IMG/VR virus record: IMGVR_UViG_3300037071_003200 | Coordinates: 1-64,000 of that record | DNA from: a virus | Lineage: Duplodnaviria > Heunggongvirae > Uroviricota > Caudoviricetes | Direction: 5' to 3' (one strand) | DNA: 64,000 nucleotides | In this document: positions 39,712 to 49,357 of the stretch, piece by piece | How the letters are laid out: the number at the start of each line of letters is the position of its first letter | Numbering within the stretch: position 1 is the first letter of the stretch | The notes under the pieces: generated by a model | What the model was told of the DNA's origin: nothing | What the model saw: only the letters and a program-made list of their open reading frames with translations | The model's database searches: none | Program-made: the position numbers and the translations under genes

Positions 39712-41406
39712 ATGAACCTCGTCAAACTCGCGGAGACACCGACCACGATCACGCTCGGCTGGACACCGCCAGCAGGTGTCGGCGGCTACGTCTTCTACGC
39801 GAACGGCGTGGCCGTCTCGACGGCCTCTCCGAACCTCAAGGACGGCACCCCGCGCGACTCGGTGAAGTTCTCCAAGACGACGCCAGGCCCGCCCTTCCAG
39901 GTCGCCGCGGTGTGCAGGCAGGGCGGAGTCATCGTGCTCGAGCAAGCGACGTACTCGGAGGCTCCTCCGCCATCCGTGATTCCGAAGTACGTGGCCGACT
40001 TCGAGACCGGCGACTTCTCGCAGGTGCTCTCCCTCCAGCAGATCACGGCTGGGCGCATGAGCGTCCTTACCTCCGGCGCTTTGGAGGGCACGCGCTCGGC
40101 TCTCGTTCGTAATGAGTTCTCCGACTACCCCGTGGCGCAGGGGCAGCGCACGGAGATGGTCACGGACGACATCAACAGTCTCATCGGCGTGAGTGGCTCG
40201 ATGCAGGGGCGCGAGACGTGGTGCGAGTGGAAAGAGAAGTTGCTGCCGGGCTTCGAGATCTCGCCTGCCTGGTGCATCATCCACCAGTGGCACGGCGGCA
40301 CTGGTTCGCCCGTGTTCGCGATCGAGGCCAACGGCCCTGCGCCCGGCACTCTCAACTGCGTGATCCGTGGAGGCCCGGCCAACGGCAACTACCGCATCCA
40401 TGAGATCGCGGACCCCGTTCCGATCAACACGCTCCTGCACTTCCGAGCGTACCGTCGGTGGGATACGGGGCCGGGCGGTCGAACGAAGGTGTGGCTGAAC
40501 GGGACTCTGGTCGTCGACGACACCGGCCCGAATCTCTACGTCGGCGGTGAGTCGGCGGCGTATCAGAAGTGCGGCATCTACCGCTCCCATGTGACGACTC
40601 CCGGCGTCGAGTCGCAACTGCTCTACGACGGCATCCGCTGGTACGACGCAGACCCAGGCTGGACGAATGCACCTCCAGTCCCGCCAACCGGAATCCTGAT
40701 CTGGAACGGCGATCTCGATACCGGCGACGAGTCGCAGTACGACACCTACATCCGAAACGCGCCCGACCGCTGGCGCGTGACGACGCAGGACGGCGCGGTG
40801 ACGCCGAGGCAGGGCACGCACATGGCCCGCGTCGAGTGTCGGCAGGGCGAGGCCGCGAGCTGGGGAGCGAGCCTGAGCGCAACGCTCGCGCTGCGCAACG
40901 GCCTGCCCTACGGCTTCGACAAGGCGAACAAGGACGGCTACCTCGCGTGGTCGGCCTGGATCCCGTCCGACTATCCGTGGTCAGATCCGGGCAAGCACTC
41001 CGACTTCATGGAGTGGCACGGCGTTGGCGGGATGGATCAAGCGCCCGTCCACTGGGGCATCATCGCGCAGACGGGCCGCTTCTACATCGACCTGCACCGT
41101 GATGTCGCCGGGTACACGCCGGTGTTCCAGCCGCAGTTCGAGAAACTGTCCGATCCGGGCATGGCGAACACCTGGCACGACTACGTCGTGCGCGTCCTGT
41201 GGAGTCAAGGCCCAGACGGGCGCTTCCAGTTCTGGAGGGACGGAGACTTGAAGCACGACTACACCGGACCGACCGCGCCGAAGTCGGGCGAGGGGTTGAA
41301 GCTCCAGATGGGGATCTACTGCCGCAACGGTCCGCCTGCGTCGAAGCACATCTACCTCGACGAGATCAAGCTCGGGACGACGCGCGAGATCGTCACGCCG
41401 GGCTAA
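39712..41406 (+). CDS. Fibre/depolymerase-like protein: N-terminal FN3-like domain plus two tandem jelly-roll (alginate-lyase-2 / concanavalin-like) domains
   Basis: TITLGWTPPAGVGGYVFYANGVAV is FN3-like. Two repeats, each with W-x-W-H-G...G (IIHQWHGGTG and FMEWHGVGG) and ...K-x-G-I-Y-R (QKCGIYR and QMGIYCR), resemble the PL7/alginate-lyase-2 QIH and YFKAGVY motifs. Confidence 0.55.
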   Translation: MNLVKLAETPTTITLGWTPPAGVGGYVFYANGVAVSTASPNLKDGTPRDSVKFSKTTPGPPFQVAAVCRQGGVIVLEQATYSEAPPPSVIPKYVADFETGDFSQVLSLQQITAGRMSVLTSGALEGTRSALVRNEFSDYPVAQGQRTEMVTDDINSLIGVSGSMQGRETWCEWKEKLLPGFEISPAWCIIHQWHGGTGSPVFAIEANGPAPGTLNCVIRGGPANGNYRIHEIADPVPINTLLHFRAYRRWDTGPGGRTKVWLNGTLVVDDTGPNLYVGGESAAYQKCGIYRSHVTTPGVESQLLYDGIRWYDADPGWTNAPPVPPTGILIWNGDLDTGDESQYDTYIRNAPDRWRVTTQDGAVTPRQGTHMARVECRQGEAASWGASLSATLALRNGLPYGFDKANKDGYLAWSAWIPSDYPWSDPGKHSDFMEWHGVGGMDQAPVHWGIIAQTGRFYIDLHRDVAGYTPVFQPQFEKLSDPGMANTWHDYVVRVLWSQGPDGRFQFWRDGDLKHDYTGPTAPKSGEGLKLQMGIYCRNGPPASKHIYLDEIKLGTTREIVTPG

Positions 41407-41412
41407 CGGCTG

Positions 41413-42798
41413 ATGCCTGACTCGCTGTTCTTCGACGGCGTCGATGACTACCTCCTCTTCGACGTGGGGCAGTTCGCCGCGTCGGGGGCTTACACATTCG
41501 CCTGTGTCGTCAAACGCGCCGGCGCAGATGACAACGTCTACCAACTCGTCATGGGCATCGTCGGAGGAGCGAGCAACGGCGGCATGTCTCACAGCAGCAG
41601 CTCGCCGGGCGGCCAGTTGTTCATCTGGGACGCGACGCACAACACCTTTGCAGCCGACCCGCGCATCGGGCAGACGGACGGCTGGTTGTTCCTGGCGATC
41701 ACGAAGGGCGCGGGCACAGTTCAGGGGCGCATCCACCGCTACAGTTGGGGCTCTCCTGGCTGGTTCCACGGCGACACATCCACGGTGGGTCAATCCTGCG
41801 CCAGCCCGACCCTGAATGGCTCATCGCGAGTAGGTTTCGCCGGAGACGGTCCATCGTCGCCGACATGGTTCATGGGCAACTACCTCATCGGGGGCGTGTG
41901 GGATTCACAACTCTCCGATGCGGAGATCGAGACGCTCATCGGAGGGCTTCGAGCTTGGCGCACGCTCGAGCCGAAAGAGGCTTGGCGGCTAAACATTGAA
42001 AGCGCCATCTCTTCCTTCGCGCTCAGCGGCACGAGCGTAGAGACCGCAAGAAGCGGGGCTACGCTAGACGCTGGCGATGCCCCGACAGGTTGGGTTGACA
42101 GCTTCCCGCCGGCCGTGGAAGAAGACAACTTCGATCGGGCGGACGGGGATATCGACGGCGACACGACCAGCGGTGGCGGCTGGACATGGGCATCCCCGAT
42201 GCACTCGGGCGACAGCAACCGGCGCATCGTTTCCAACGCTTGTGCGGCCAATGGCTCGGCTCAGCAGTTCGACAACGCCTGCATCAACCACGACTTCGGT
42301 TCGGACATTCGCGTCTCGTACAGGATCACGACCATCGGTGGCTCGTCGGGTGACTCGTTCAACGTGTGTGTCCGTATTCCGTACTCGGCGTTCCCGGCGT
42401 CGTTCGGAGCGGCGTCCGATTACTACCGACTCGATATTTCTCAGCTTGGTGGTAACGACAACTTCTCCGTGTATCGAGTGCTGAATGGAGGTTTCACTCA
42501 GCTAACACCGGTCTCCGGCTCGGAGACGATTCCCGGAGACTGGGCGGTGAACGACGAGGTGGCGTTCGAGTGCTACGAGGAGGGCGGCGCGACCAAGCTC
42601 AAGGTCTACCGCAAGCCCGCTGCGGGCATCTGGGCACTCGCCGCGACCTACTCGGACTCCACGGTCGGACGCCCAACGGCGGGCCAGAAGGTGGCGATCG
42701 AGGGAGACAGCAACGTGGGCAGCGATCCCTCCAACTGGATCATCGACAACCTCGGGGTCGAGACTTACGGCGCTTCCGTGTTCTGGGTGGGAGCATGA
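41413..42798 (+). CDS. LamG-like (concanavalin-type) domain minor tail/fibre protein
   Basis: N-terminus LFFDGVDDYLLFD matches the LamG jelly-roll start seen in phage minor tail proteins. 461 aa. Paralogous to 43936..44646. Confidence 0.6.
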   Translation: MPDSLFFDGVDDYLLFDVGQFAASGAYTFACVVKRAGADDNVYQLVMGIVGGASNGGMSHSSSSPGGQLFIWDATHNTFAADPRIGQTDGWLFLAITKGAGTVQGRIHRYSWGSPGWFHGDTSTVGQSCASPTLNGSSRVGFAGDGPSSPTWFMGNYLIGGVWDSQLSDAEIETLIGGLRAWRTLEPKEAWRLNIESAISSFALSGTSVETARSGATLDAGDAPTGWVDSFPPAVEEDNFDRADGDIDGDTTSGGGWTWASPMHSGDSNRRIVSNACAANGSAQQFDNACINHDFGSDIRVSYRITTIGGSSGDSFNVCVRIPYSAFPASFGAASDYYRLDISQLGGNDNFSVYRVLNGGFTQLTPVSGSETIPGDWAVNDEVAFECYEEGGATKLKVYRKPAAGIWALAATYSDSTVGRPTAGQKVAIEGDSNVGSDPSNWIIDNLGVETYGASVFWVGA

Positions 42799-42810
42799 GC
42801 GATCCACGCC

Positions 42811-42842
42811 GGATGCAGATCTATAGTTCGCACTCGAGTTAG
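42811..42842 (+). repeat. 32-nt junction repeat, copy 2 (intergenic; part of a 15-codon micro-ORF MSDPRRMQIYSSHSS)
   Basis: GGATGCAGATCTATAGTTCGCACTCGAGTTAG. The micro-ORF ATG at 42795 overlaps the stop of 41413..42798 (ATGA). Confidence 0.6.
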
Positions 42843-42844
42843 AG

Positions 42845-43939
42845 ATGGCGCTCAATCCGAAAATCACAGACCAGGGCGACAAGGTGAAGCTCGAATGGAC
42901 GCCTGATCTCACCGGCCAGGGCTACCGGCTGTACGTCGACGGCGTTGCTGTCTCACGCACCTTCAAGTCCGATGCGAAGTCCACGACCTTCGCCAAGCCG
43001 GACACCGCCTCTCACCGCTACGGCGTGCAGAAGATGGACGTGGTGGATGCGTTGGAGGAAGTCGCGTGGCCTGCGGCTCCGCCTCCTCCGGCGGGCGCTC
43101 TCAAGTGGAAGCCCCCCGGCTATCCCGACTACGTCGGCTACACGCACATCAACGTCACGAACGCGAACGCTCGGCCATCACTTTCGACGACCACGGATTA
43201 CGTCGTCCACATCACCGAGAAGATCACGGTCGACGGCGGGGTGATGTTGAACGGCGGGCGGAACATCGTCGTCATCGGCGGCGAGATCGAGGACACGACG
43301 GTGCTCACGAAAGCACAGGCTCAGGCCAATGAGCTCTGGCGGCAGATCGGTCTCTACCTTCCGAACGTCAAGGGCATCGCTCACATCGAGGGGCTCCATA
43401 TCCACGGTGTCGGTTGCGGAGATGCGATCCAGACGGGATCGGGTGCAGGTGGAGCCACCATCCAGATCCAGAACTGCCGCATCAACCCGATGCACCCGGT
43501 TCAGAACATGGCGCAGACCGGCTGGGAGGGCGCGCATCCGGACGCCTTCCAGTGCTACGCGGGGCCGGCCATCTGGCGCATGTATCAGGACACTGTCATC
43601 TCGGGCGGCACGATCCGCACCTGGCAGCCCACGGAGTTCGGGCCGAACATCCAGTCGGTCGATATCCGCCGCCAGAACTGGAAGGCGCAGCAACTCCCCG
43701 GCACCTACGTCATCTGGGACGACTCGCCGCTGTGGCCCGAACACCACGAGGACATCTGGCTCTCCTACGGTGGCAGCGGCAACTTCCATCGCAACGGTGA
43801 CATCACTCACGCCCAGTTCGACCCGCCGAACGGAAACATCTCGGGGGAGGCGATCAAGTACGGCGTGAGGCCCGAGGGTGACTGGGTGCCCGCCAGCATG
43901 GTCGCGCAGGGCGCGTACGTCTCACCTGGGTATCAATGA
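42845..43939 (+). CDS. Fibre/tailspike-like protein: N-terminal FN3-like domain plus a putative beta-helix
   Basis: KVKLEWTPDLTGQGYRLYVDGVAVS is paralogous to the N-terminus of 39712..41406. The remainder is Gly/Asn-rich with repeated short beta-strands. Confidence 0.55.
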   Translation: MALNPKITDQGDKVKLEWTPDLTGQGYRLYVDGVAVSRTFKSDAKSTTFAKPDTASHRYGVQKMDVVDALEEVAWPAAPPPPAGALKWKPPGYPDYVGYTHINVTNANARPSLSTTTDYVVHITEKITVDGGVMLNGGRNIVVIGGEIEDTTVLTKAQAQANELWRQIGLYLPNVKGIAHIEGLHIHGVGCGDAIQTGSGAGGATIQIQNCRINPMHPVQNMAQTGWEGAHPDAFQCYAGPAIWRMYQDTVISGGTIRTWQPTEFGPNIQSVDIRRQNWKAQQLPGTYVIWDDSPLWPEHHEDIWLSYGGSGNFHRNGDITHAQFDPPNGNISGEAIKYGVRPEGDWVPASMVAQGAYVSPGYQ

Positions 43940-44646
43940 CCCAGATCGCCTACGCACGTTCGTTCGACGGGGTCGACGACGAGATCAACTTCACCCTCGG
44001 CGGTCTGTCGGGAGCGTGGAGCGGCGTGACGGTCATGGCAATCGTCAAGCCGGACTCGACGCAGACTGACAGCGCATCCACGATCATCCACCTAGCCGAC
44101 GCCGTGTCCGTGGTGTTCGACAAGGACTCCAATATCTTCTACGGCTTCGAGGTCGAGGACTATGACTCCTACGGCAATGACCCGGTGGTCGAGAACGAGT
44201 GGTGGGCTTTGGGATTCTCTAAGGCGGCAGGATCATCCACTGCTCGCCTGCATAGCTACCGCTACTCAACTACCACTTGGTCGCATACGAATGGAGAAGG
44301 AGGCGCCCTCCCCGACCCTGGCAGCCCGACTGCCGTCATCATGGGTTCCGACCCCGGAGGAAGCCACTACAAGGGGCTGATCGCCTGCGTTGGAGTGTGG
44401 AAGGCGTCTGCACTCTCGGATGGGAATGTCGAGACCCTGGAGGACGACATCGCGAACTGGACGGCGCTCTCGCCGACCTCCCTGTGGCGGCTCAACCAGA
44501 CGAGCGTCGCCGACGACGTGCTTGACCTTGTGGGCAACTCGCACGAGAGCAGCATCACCGGCACAACCGCGACTGCTGTCTCCGATCTTCCGTTCGAGGT
44601 GGGCGGTGCTTCCGATACTCCTGCACTAGCCTGGCTGACAGGATGA
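43936..44646 (+). CDS. LamG-like domain protein (paralog of 41413..42798)
   Basis: SFDGVDDEINFTLGG start motif. 236 aa. Confidence 0.55.
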   Translation: MTQIAYARSFDGVDDEINFTLGGLSGAWSGVTVMAIVKPDSTQTDSASTIIHLADAVSVVFDKDSNIFYGFEVEDYDSYGNDPVVENEWWALGFSKAAGSSTARLHSYRYSTTTWSHTNGEGGALPDPGSPTAVIMGSDPGGSHYKGLIACVGVWKASALSDGNVETLEDDIANWTALSPTSLWRLNQTSVADDVLDLVGNSHESSITGTTATAVSDLPFEVGGASDTPALAWLTG

Positions 44647-45362
44647 GCGATCCACAGATCATCATCGGCGGCGACCTCGGGTTCCACAACCGCGAGCTCA
44701 AGCGCTCGAACGAGAGGCTGAAGAAGGGGAAGCAGTACCGCGATCTCTCGACCGTCTGCGTCATCCCCACGCGAGGCCTGATCCCCGCGCGTGTCGTCGA
44801 GAGCTGGATGGGACTGATCGCCCCGATGAACAACGCCTTCCTGCGCATCTTCGTGCAGGGCATGGAGGTCGGGGACGCCTACAACCAGGCGGTCGAGTTG
44901 ATCCTCGGGCACGAACAGATCCGCGACTTCAAGTACCTGCTCACGCTCGAGGAGGACAACGTGCCGCCTCCCGACGGCCTGCTCAAGCTCTACGAGTCGA
45001 TGGACGACTACCACGCGGTCGGCGGTCTCTACTGGACGAAGGGTGAAGGCGGCCAGCCGATGATCTACGGCGACCCGAAGGGCATCCTCGCGTTCCAGCC
45101 CCAGCAGGTGCAGGTCGACACCGTCCAGGAGTGCAACGGCCTCGGGATGGGCTTCACGCTCTTCCGCATGGAGCTCTTCAGGGACGAGAAGATCGAGAAG
45201 CCCTGGTTCAAGACCGTGCAGGAGTGGACTCCGCATGGAGGCACCGCGATGGGCACGCAGGACCTCTACTTCTTCGGGAACGCCCGACGCGCCGGATACC
45301 GTGTCGCCTGTGATACGCGAGTGAAGGTCGGTCATGTGGACCAGGACGGAATGGTTTGGTGA
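44643..45362 (+). CDS. GT-A fold glycosyltransferase
   Basis: LSTVCVIPTRGLIPARV (GT2-like N-terminus) and ...GMGFTLFRMELF... shared with paralog 46161..46892. Confidence 0.55.
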   Translation: MSDPQIIIGGDLGFHNRELKRSNERLKKGKQYRDLSTVCVIPTRGLIPARVVESWMGLIAPMNNAFLRIFVQGMEVGDAYNQAVELILGHEQIRDFKYLLTLEEDNVPPPDGLLKLYESMDDYHAVGGLYWTKGEGGQPMIYGDPKGILAFQPQQVQVDTVQECNGLGMGFTLFRMELFRDEKIEKPWFKTVQEWTPHGGTAMGTQDLYFFGNARRAGYRVACDTRVKVGHVDQDGMVW

Positions 45363-45562
45363 CTCTCACCGATCGAATCTTCTGGCAGGAGTTTCGATAC
45401 ACGCGAGCCCTGTACGGATCGCGCAGACGCTGGTTGGAGGTGAAGCTCTGGCCGATCGAGCGGTTCTTCCGTAGGCGCTGCTGCGCCAAGCACGGCCACG
45501 ATCATTTCGTGGGGCCGCCTATGACATGGAAGACTTACTGCCGGAGATGCGGAGCGGCATGA
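45356..45562 (+). CDS. Small Cys/His-rich protein
   Basis: 68 aa. RRCCAKHGHDHF...CRRCG. Confidence 0.3.
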   Translation: MVTLTDRIFWQEFRYTRALYGSRRRWLEVKLWPIERFFRRRCCAKHGHDHFVGPPMTWKTYCRRCGAA

Positions 45563-46158
45563 GCACGAAGACGCAGGCAGTGGAGAGCAACGGCAAGGAC
45601 GTGAAACAGCAGATCTTCTCGCCTCGCCGCCTGGACATCGCCTGCGGCCAGAACAAGCAGCAGGGCTTCAAGGGCATCGACATCGCTGGCGACGCGGACA
45701 TCGTCTGGGACCTGAACGAGATCCCCTGGCCGATCCGCACGAGCTCGGTGCGCGAGGCCTACTGCGCCCACTACGTGGAGCACATCCCGCACGAGCGACC
45801 AGGCTGGGACCGCGACGGCTGGTTCCGCTTCTTCGACGAGCTCTACCGCGTCATGGCCGGCGGTGCGACTGCTCAGTTCATCCACCCGTACTCGCGGCAC
45901 GACCGTGCCTTCTGGGACCCGACGCACGTGCGCTTCATCAACGAGACGACGTGGTACTACCTCGACAAGCAGTGGCGGGAGATGCAGGGGCTCGACCACT
46001 ACCCCGTCGAGTGCGACTTCGAGATCATCACGGTCGACGCGATCGGTCTCTCCAACGAGTTCATGTCGCGCAGCGCGGACACTCAGAACTTCGCGCGGGC
46101 GCACTACTTCAACGTGATCCCCGATCTGCGCGCCCTTCTCAAATCACGGAAAGGCTAG
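45559..46158 (+). CDS. Putative SAM-dependent methyltransferase
   Basis: ATG at 45559 (ATGA overlap). Motif-I-like LDIACGQNKQQGFKGIDI. 199 aa. Confidence 0.45.
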   Translation: MSTKTQAVESNGKDVKQQIFSPRRLDIACGQNKQQGFKGIDIAGDADIVWDLNEIPWPIRTSSVREAYCAHYVEHIPHERPGWDRDGWFRFFDELYRVMAGGATAQFIHPYSRHDRAFWDPTHVRFINETTWYYLDKQWREMQGLDHYPVECDFEIITVDAIGLSNEFMSRSADTQNFARAHYFNVIPDLRALLKSRKG

Positions 46159-46160
46159 TG

Positions 46161-46892
46161 ATGGCCGACTCCACTTCTACGCTTGGCGGCATGCAACCCG
46201 ACTCCATCCTCGGCTTCATCACCGGGAGCTCGGTCAACTTCTGGTTCATGCACTCGGTGCTGAACCTGTTCAAGAACGACCCGGCCAATCGCTTCAACTC
46301 GGACTGGCTGCTCGTCTTCGGGCCGTACATCCACGCGAACCGCAACCAGCTCCAGGACCAGTTCATGGACACGGGGCGCGAGTGGCTGCTGTCGGTCGAC
46401 AACGACATGGTCTTCACGCCTGGTGACGTCTTCGCGCTGTACGACGAGGCTGCGAAGCGCGGCCCCGGTGTGTACGCCGGCACGTACGTTCTCGAGAACG
46501 GATTCCAGGTCTGCGGACTCTGGAACGACGACGAGCCGATGGTCTACCACAACCTCGTCCAGCTCCCCGAGAAGCCGACCGAGATCGGCGTCGTCGGCAT
46601 GGGCTTCACGCTCATTCACCGCAGCGTCTTCGAGGCGATCGGGCCAGGAGCGTTCTGGCCTGTCAACGAGCAGCGCTCGACCGGAGAGGACTTGTCCTTC
46701 TCCTGGCGCGCACGCGAGGCGGGCTTCACACCGATTCTCGTCCCAGCCTGCAACCCAGGCCACCACAAGACGATGGTGGTCTACCCGCATGGCTCGATCC
46801 GCAACGCGATCGGAGAGGACATCAATCTCGTCGAACTCGACGAGGAGCTCAAGGAGCTCAACCGCGAGATGATGGAGGAGGTGAAAAGCTAA
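46161..46892 (+). CDS. GT-A fold glycosyltransferase (paralog of 44643..45362)
   Basis: ATG at 46161. DxD motif SVDNDMVF and the shared GVVGMGFTLIHRSVFE block. Confidence 0.55.
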   Translation: MADSTSTLGGMQPDSILGFITGSSVNFWFMHSVLNLFKNDPANRFNSDWLLVFGPYIHANRNQLQDQFMDTGREWLLSVDNDMVFTPGDVFALYDEAAKRGPGVYAGTYVLENGFQVCGLWNDDEPMVYHNLVQLPEKPTEIGVVGMGFTLIHRSVFEAIGPGAFWPVNEQRSTGEDLSFSWRAREAGFTPILVPACNPGHHKTMVVYPHGSIRNAIGEDINLVELDEELKELNREMMEEVKS

Positions 46893-47227
46893 TGGCTGCT
46901 TACAATCCAGCTGCCCTCGTGCCTGCGATGACGTCGGTCACTTCGACCGCGGCGTACCAGACCTCGACGGCGGCGAACACGGGCGTCCTGCGCACGATCC
47001 ACGCGCAGAGCTCGGCGGCGTCACACTCGATCACGGTCACGGCGGGTGGTCAGGACGCGGCGGCGACCCGTCTGTTCGATGCGTATGCGTTGACGGCGCT
47101 CGTCCCGGCGATCTTCAACGGCTGGTGGGTCGTGCCCGCGACCGTCGTGTCGTGGCTCGGCTACAAGTCGGATACGGCAACCGGGTCGATCGTGATGCTG
47201 ACGATCGGTGGCTACATCTATAGCTGA
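46892..47227 (+). CDS. Hypothetical Ala/Thr-rich protein
   Basis: GGAGG ribosome-binding site 10 nt upstream. 111 aa. The start contains the GCTGCTTACAATCC motif. Confidence 0.45.
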   Translation: MAAYNPAALVPAMTSVTSTAAYQTSTAANTGVLRTIHAQSSAASHSITVTAGGQDAAATRLFDAYALTALVPAIFNGWWVVPATVVSWLGYKSDTATGSIVMLTIGGYIYS

Positions 47228-47248
47228 CAGTTCAGGTATGCTGCCCAA

Positions 47249-47740
47249 GTGGGTGACGAACGCGCTTGGGCAGCAGGCCTGTTCGACGGCGAAGGCTCAG
47301 TTGGCTGTTACGGAAGACCGGACGGCCGGAAGCGACGAGGGAGCTACTGGCACATTCGCCTCAGTGTTGCCCAGCACCACGATCGCGAAGTGCTCGACCG
47401 CTTCGTCGCTGCTGTCGGAGTTGGGAAGGTCTACGGCCCGTACCAGGGCCACAAGTACAGCGTTCAGGTCGTCGGGAAGAACGCCGAGATCGTCATCCAG
47501 GCGATCTGGCCGTGGCTCTCTGGGCCGAAGAGAAAGCAGATCGAGGCGGCGAGGGCGAAGTTCGAGGCACGCGGAGAGTCGGCCAAGGGTGGCCGCGTCT
47601 GTCCTCCCGACTGCCAATGTGGTCGACACAAGTGGAAGACCGAGGACGTGTTGCCGGAGATTCAGCTCAAGAGAGAGAAGCAACGTGAGTACCAGCGCCG
47701 CCATCGAGCGAAGGAGAGACATGAAACACCACACGCCTGA
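47249..47740 (+). CDS. LAGLIDADG-family homing endonuclease
   Basis: WAAGLFDGEGSVG is a canonical LAGLIDADG motif in a 163-aa protein with a basic C-terminus. Confidence 0.65.
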   Translation: MGDERAWAAGLFDGEGSVGCYGRPDGRKRRGSYWHIRLSVAQHHDREVLDRFVAAVGVGKVYGPYQGHKYSVQVVGKNAEIVIQAIWPWLSGPKRKQIEAARAKFEARGESAKGGRVCPPDCQCGRHKWKTEDVLPEIQLKREKQREYQRRHRAKERHETPHA

Positions 47741-47969
47741 GCGCTGGTGGGCGATCAAGATCCTCCGTGAGGAGAAGAGGTTGACGTACAAGCAGATTGG
47801 GGATTTCTTCGACCTCTCCACCGAGAGAGTTCGGCAGATCTATCTTCATCCCCAGCCTCCCGCTCGACCTCTGGGTGGGAACTATCTCTTCCCCTCTGGA
47901 CGGCACGAGTCAGAGTCATACGCCTTGGGCGTCTACCCATTGATGAGGCGCCATGACCACCATCTCTAG
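47721..47969 (+). CDS. Helix-turn-helix protein (sigma-70 region-4-like)
   Basis: ATG at 47721 with ribosome-binding site AAGGAGAG. LTYKQIGDFFDLSTERVRQI. Confidence 0.4.
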   Translation: MKHHTPERWWAIKILREEKRLTYKQIGDFFDLSTERVRQIYLHPQPPARPLGGNYLFPSGRHESESYALGVYPLMRRHDHHL

Positions 47970-48507
47970 GGAGAGCAACGCGGTCAGCACCGTGACGACG
48001 TTCGACACGGACATCGTCGTTGACATCGGCTGCTGCAGCTATCAGCGCGGCACTCGAGTCGAGGACTCGATCCACACGCTCATCAAGCGCTTCAAGCCGT
48101 CAGTCCTCTTCGGCTTCGATCCTCACCCCGGTCTGCCGGACGCGGTGGGTCAGGTGTACGGCACCACCGTCATCACCTCGCGGCGAGCTGCCTGGACGCA
48201 CGACGAGGAGGTGGGCCTCTGCCTCCAGGGCAACTGCACCCATGTCGACCTCGATGAGGAACAGAGGGCCAAGGCCTTCGACATCGCTGCCTGGGTCAGG
48301 ACTCTGCCCGAGGCTCGGATCGTGCTCAAGGTCGACGTCGAGGGAGCCGAATACGTGCTCCTGCCGCATCTGATTCGTCATGGCCTGATGGACAGGTTCT
48401 CACACGTGCTGGTCGAGTGGCACACGGGTGAGTACGCGAACGGGCACGAGTCCGATCGCGACGAGATCCTCGCTGGGATCCCCTGCCCGGTGGAGGTCTG
48501 GCAATAG
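47953..48507 (+). CDS. FkbM-family methyltransferase (paralog of 21188..21685)
   Basis: VVDIGCCSY and LKVDVEGAEYVLL motifs. Confidence 0.65.
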   Translation: MTTISRESNAVSTVTTFDTDIVVDIGCCSYQRGTRVEDSIHTLIKRFKPSVLFGFDPHPGLPDAVGQVYGTTVITSRRAAWTHDEEVGLCLQGNCTHVDLDEEQRAKAFDIAAWVRTLPEARIVLKVDVEGAEYVLLPHLIRHGLMDRFSHVLVEWHTGEYANGHESDRDEILAGIPCPVEVWQ

Positions 48508-48593
48508 ACCTCACGGCCTTCAGTCAAGCGCACGGCCACGAGAAGTACGACTGGTACTTCCCCTTCTTCGACGCGTGCCTGGACTGGTACGAC

Positions 48594-49079
48594 GTGAACC
48601 GCTTGCTCGAGATCGGCGTGAGCAAGAGGTCTCTGGTCACCTGGCTGGAGTGCTTCCCTGACGCCGAGGTCGTCGGCCTCGACACCGAGCCGAACGGCCC
48701 GACCAACACCGACGACATCGCCGGCATCGAGAACGACCGGCTGACATTCGTTCTGGGAGATCAGACCGACGTCGATCTCCTGGAGTCTCTCGGTGCTTTC
48801 GACGCCATCTTCGACGACGGTGGCCATCACTCTCGCCAGCAGATCGCGAGCTTCATGACGCTCTTCCCGCGCATGAACTCAGGCGGCTGGTACTTCATCG
48901 AGGACATCCACTGCTCGTACATGGCGGGCTATCAGGACGACGGCCTCACCACGATGGACTTCATTCAGTTTCTGCTCGACGACATGCACTCCCGCTACAT
49001 GACGCCGCCGGGGACACAAGAGTGGCCGATCAGCGAGGTACGCTTTGTCGATTCCGTGGCTGCCTTCCGACGATCATGA
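48594..49079 (+). CDS. Putative class I methyltransferase-like protein
   Basis: GTG start. ...VVGLDTEPNG...FDAIFDDGGHHSRQ... 161 aa. Confidence 0.4.
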   Translation: MNRLLEIGVSKRSLVTWLECFPDAEVVGLDTEPNGPTNTDDIAGIENDRLTFVLGDQTDVDLLESLGAFDAIFDDGGHHSRQQIASFMTLFPRMNSGGWYFIEDIHCSYMAGYQDDGLTTMDFIQFLLDDMHSRYMTPPGTQEWPISEVRFVDSVAAFRRS

Positions 49080-49357
49080 CCGAGCTTCGCGAGACTGATG
49101 GAGTCCCGATCTGGCTCCCGAATCACCAGGAGCCGCATCTGGTGAAGAGAGAGCGCCGGGCCTACGACTCAGAGGACGACGGCGGTCAGGCGAAGGCGCT
49201 GATCGAGACGGGCCTCTTCGAGACCGGGTCAGGTTTCGTGTTCCGCTGCCCGCTGTGTGGGCGTCAGGAGCGAAACGACCAGAGGATGGAGCCCATGTGC
49301 ACGGGGCCGGGTTGGACGGACGATCACCCGCCCGAAGTAATGGTCTGCGTGGCGTGA
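49076..49357 (+). CDS. Zinc-ribbon protein
   Basis: ATG at 49076 (ATGA). FRCPLCGRQ...MCTGPG. 93 aa. Confidence 0.4.
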   Translation: MTELRETDGVPIWLPNHQEPHLVKRERRAYDSEDDGGQAKALIETGLFETGSGFVFRCPLCGRQERNDQRMEPMCTGPGWTDDHPPEVMVCVA

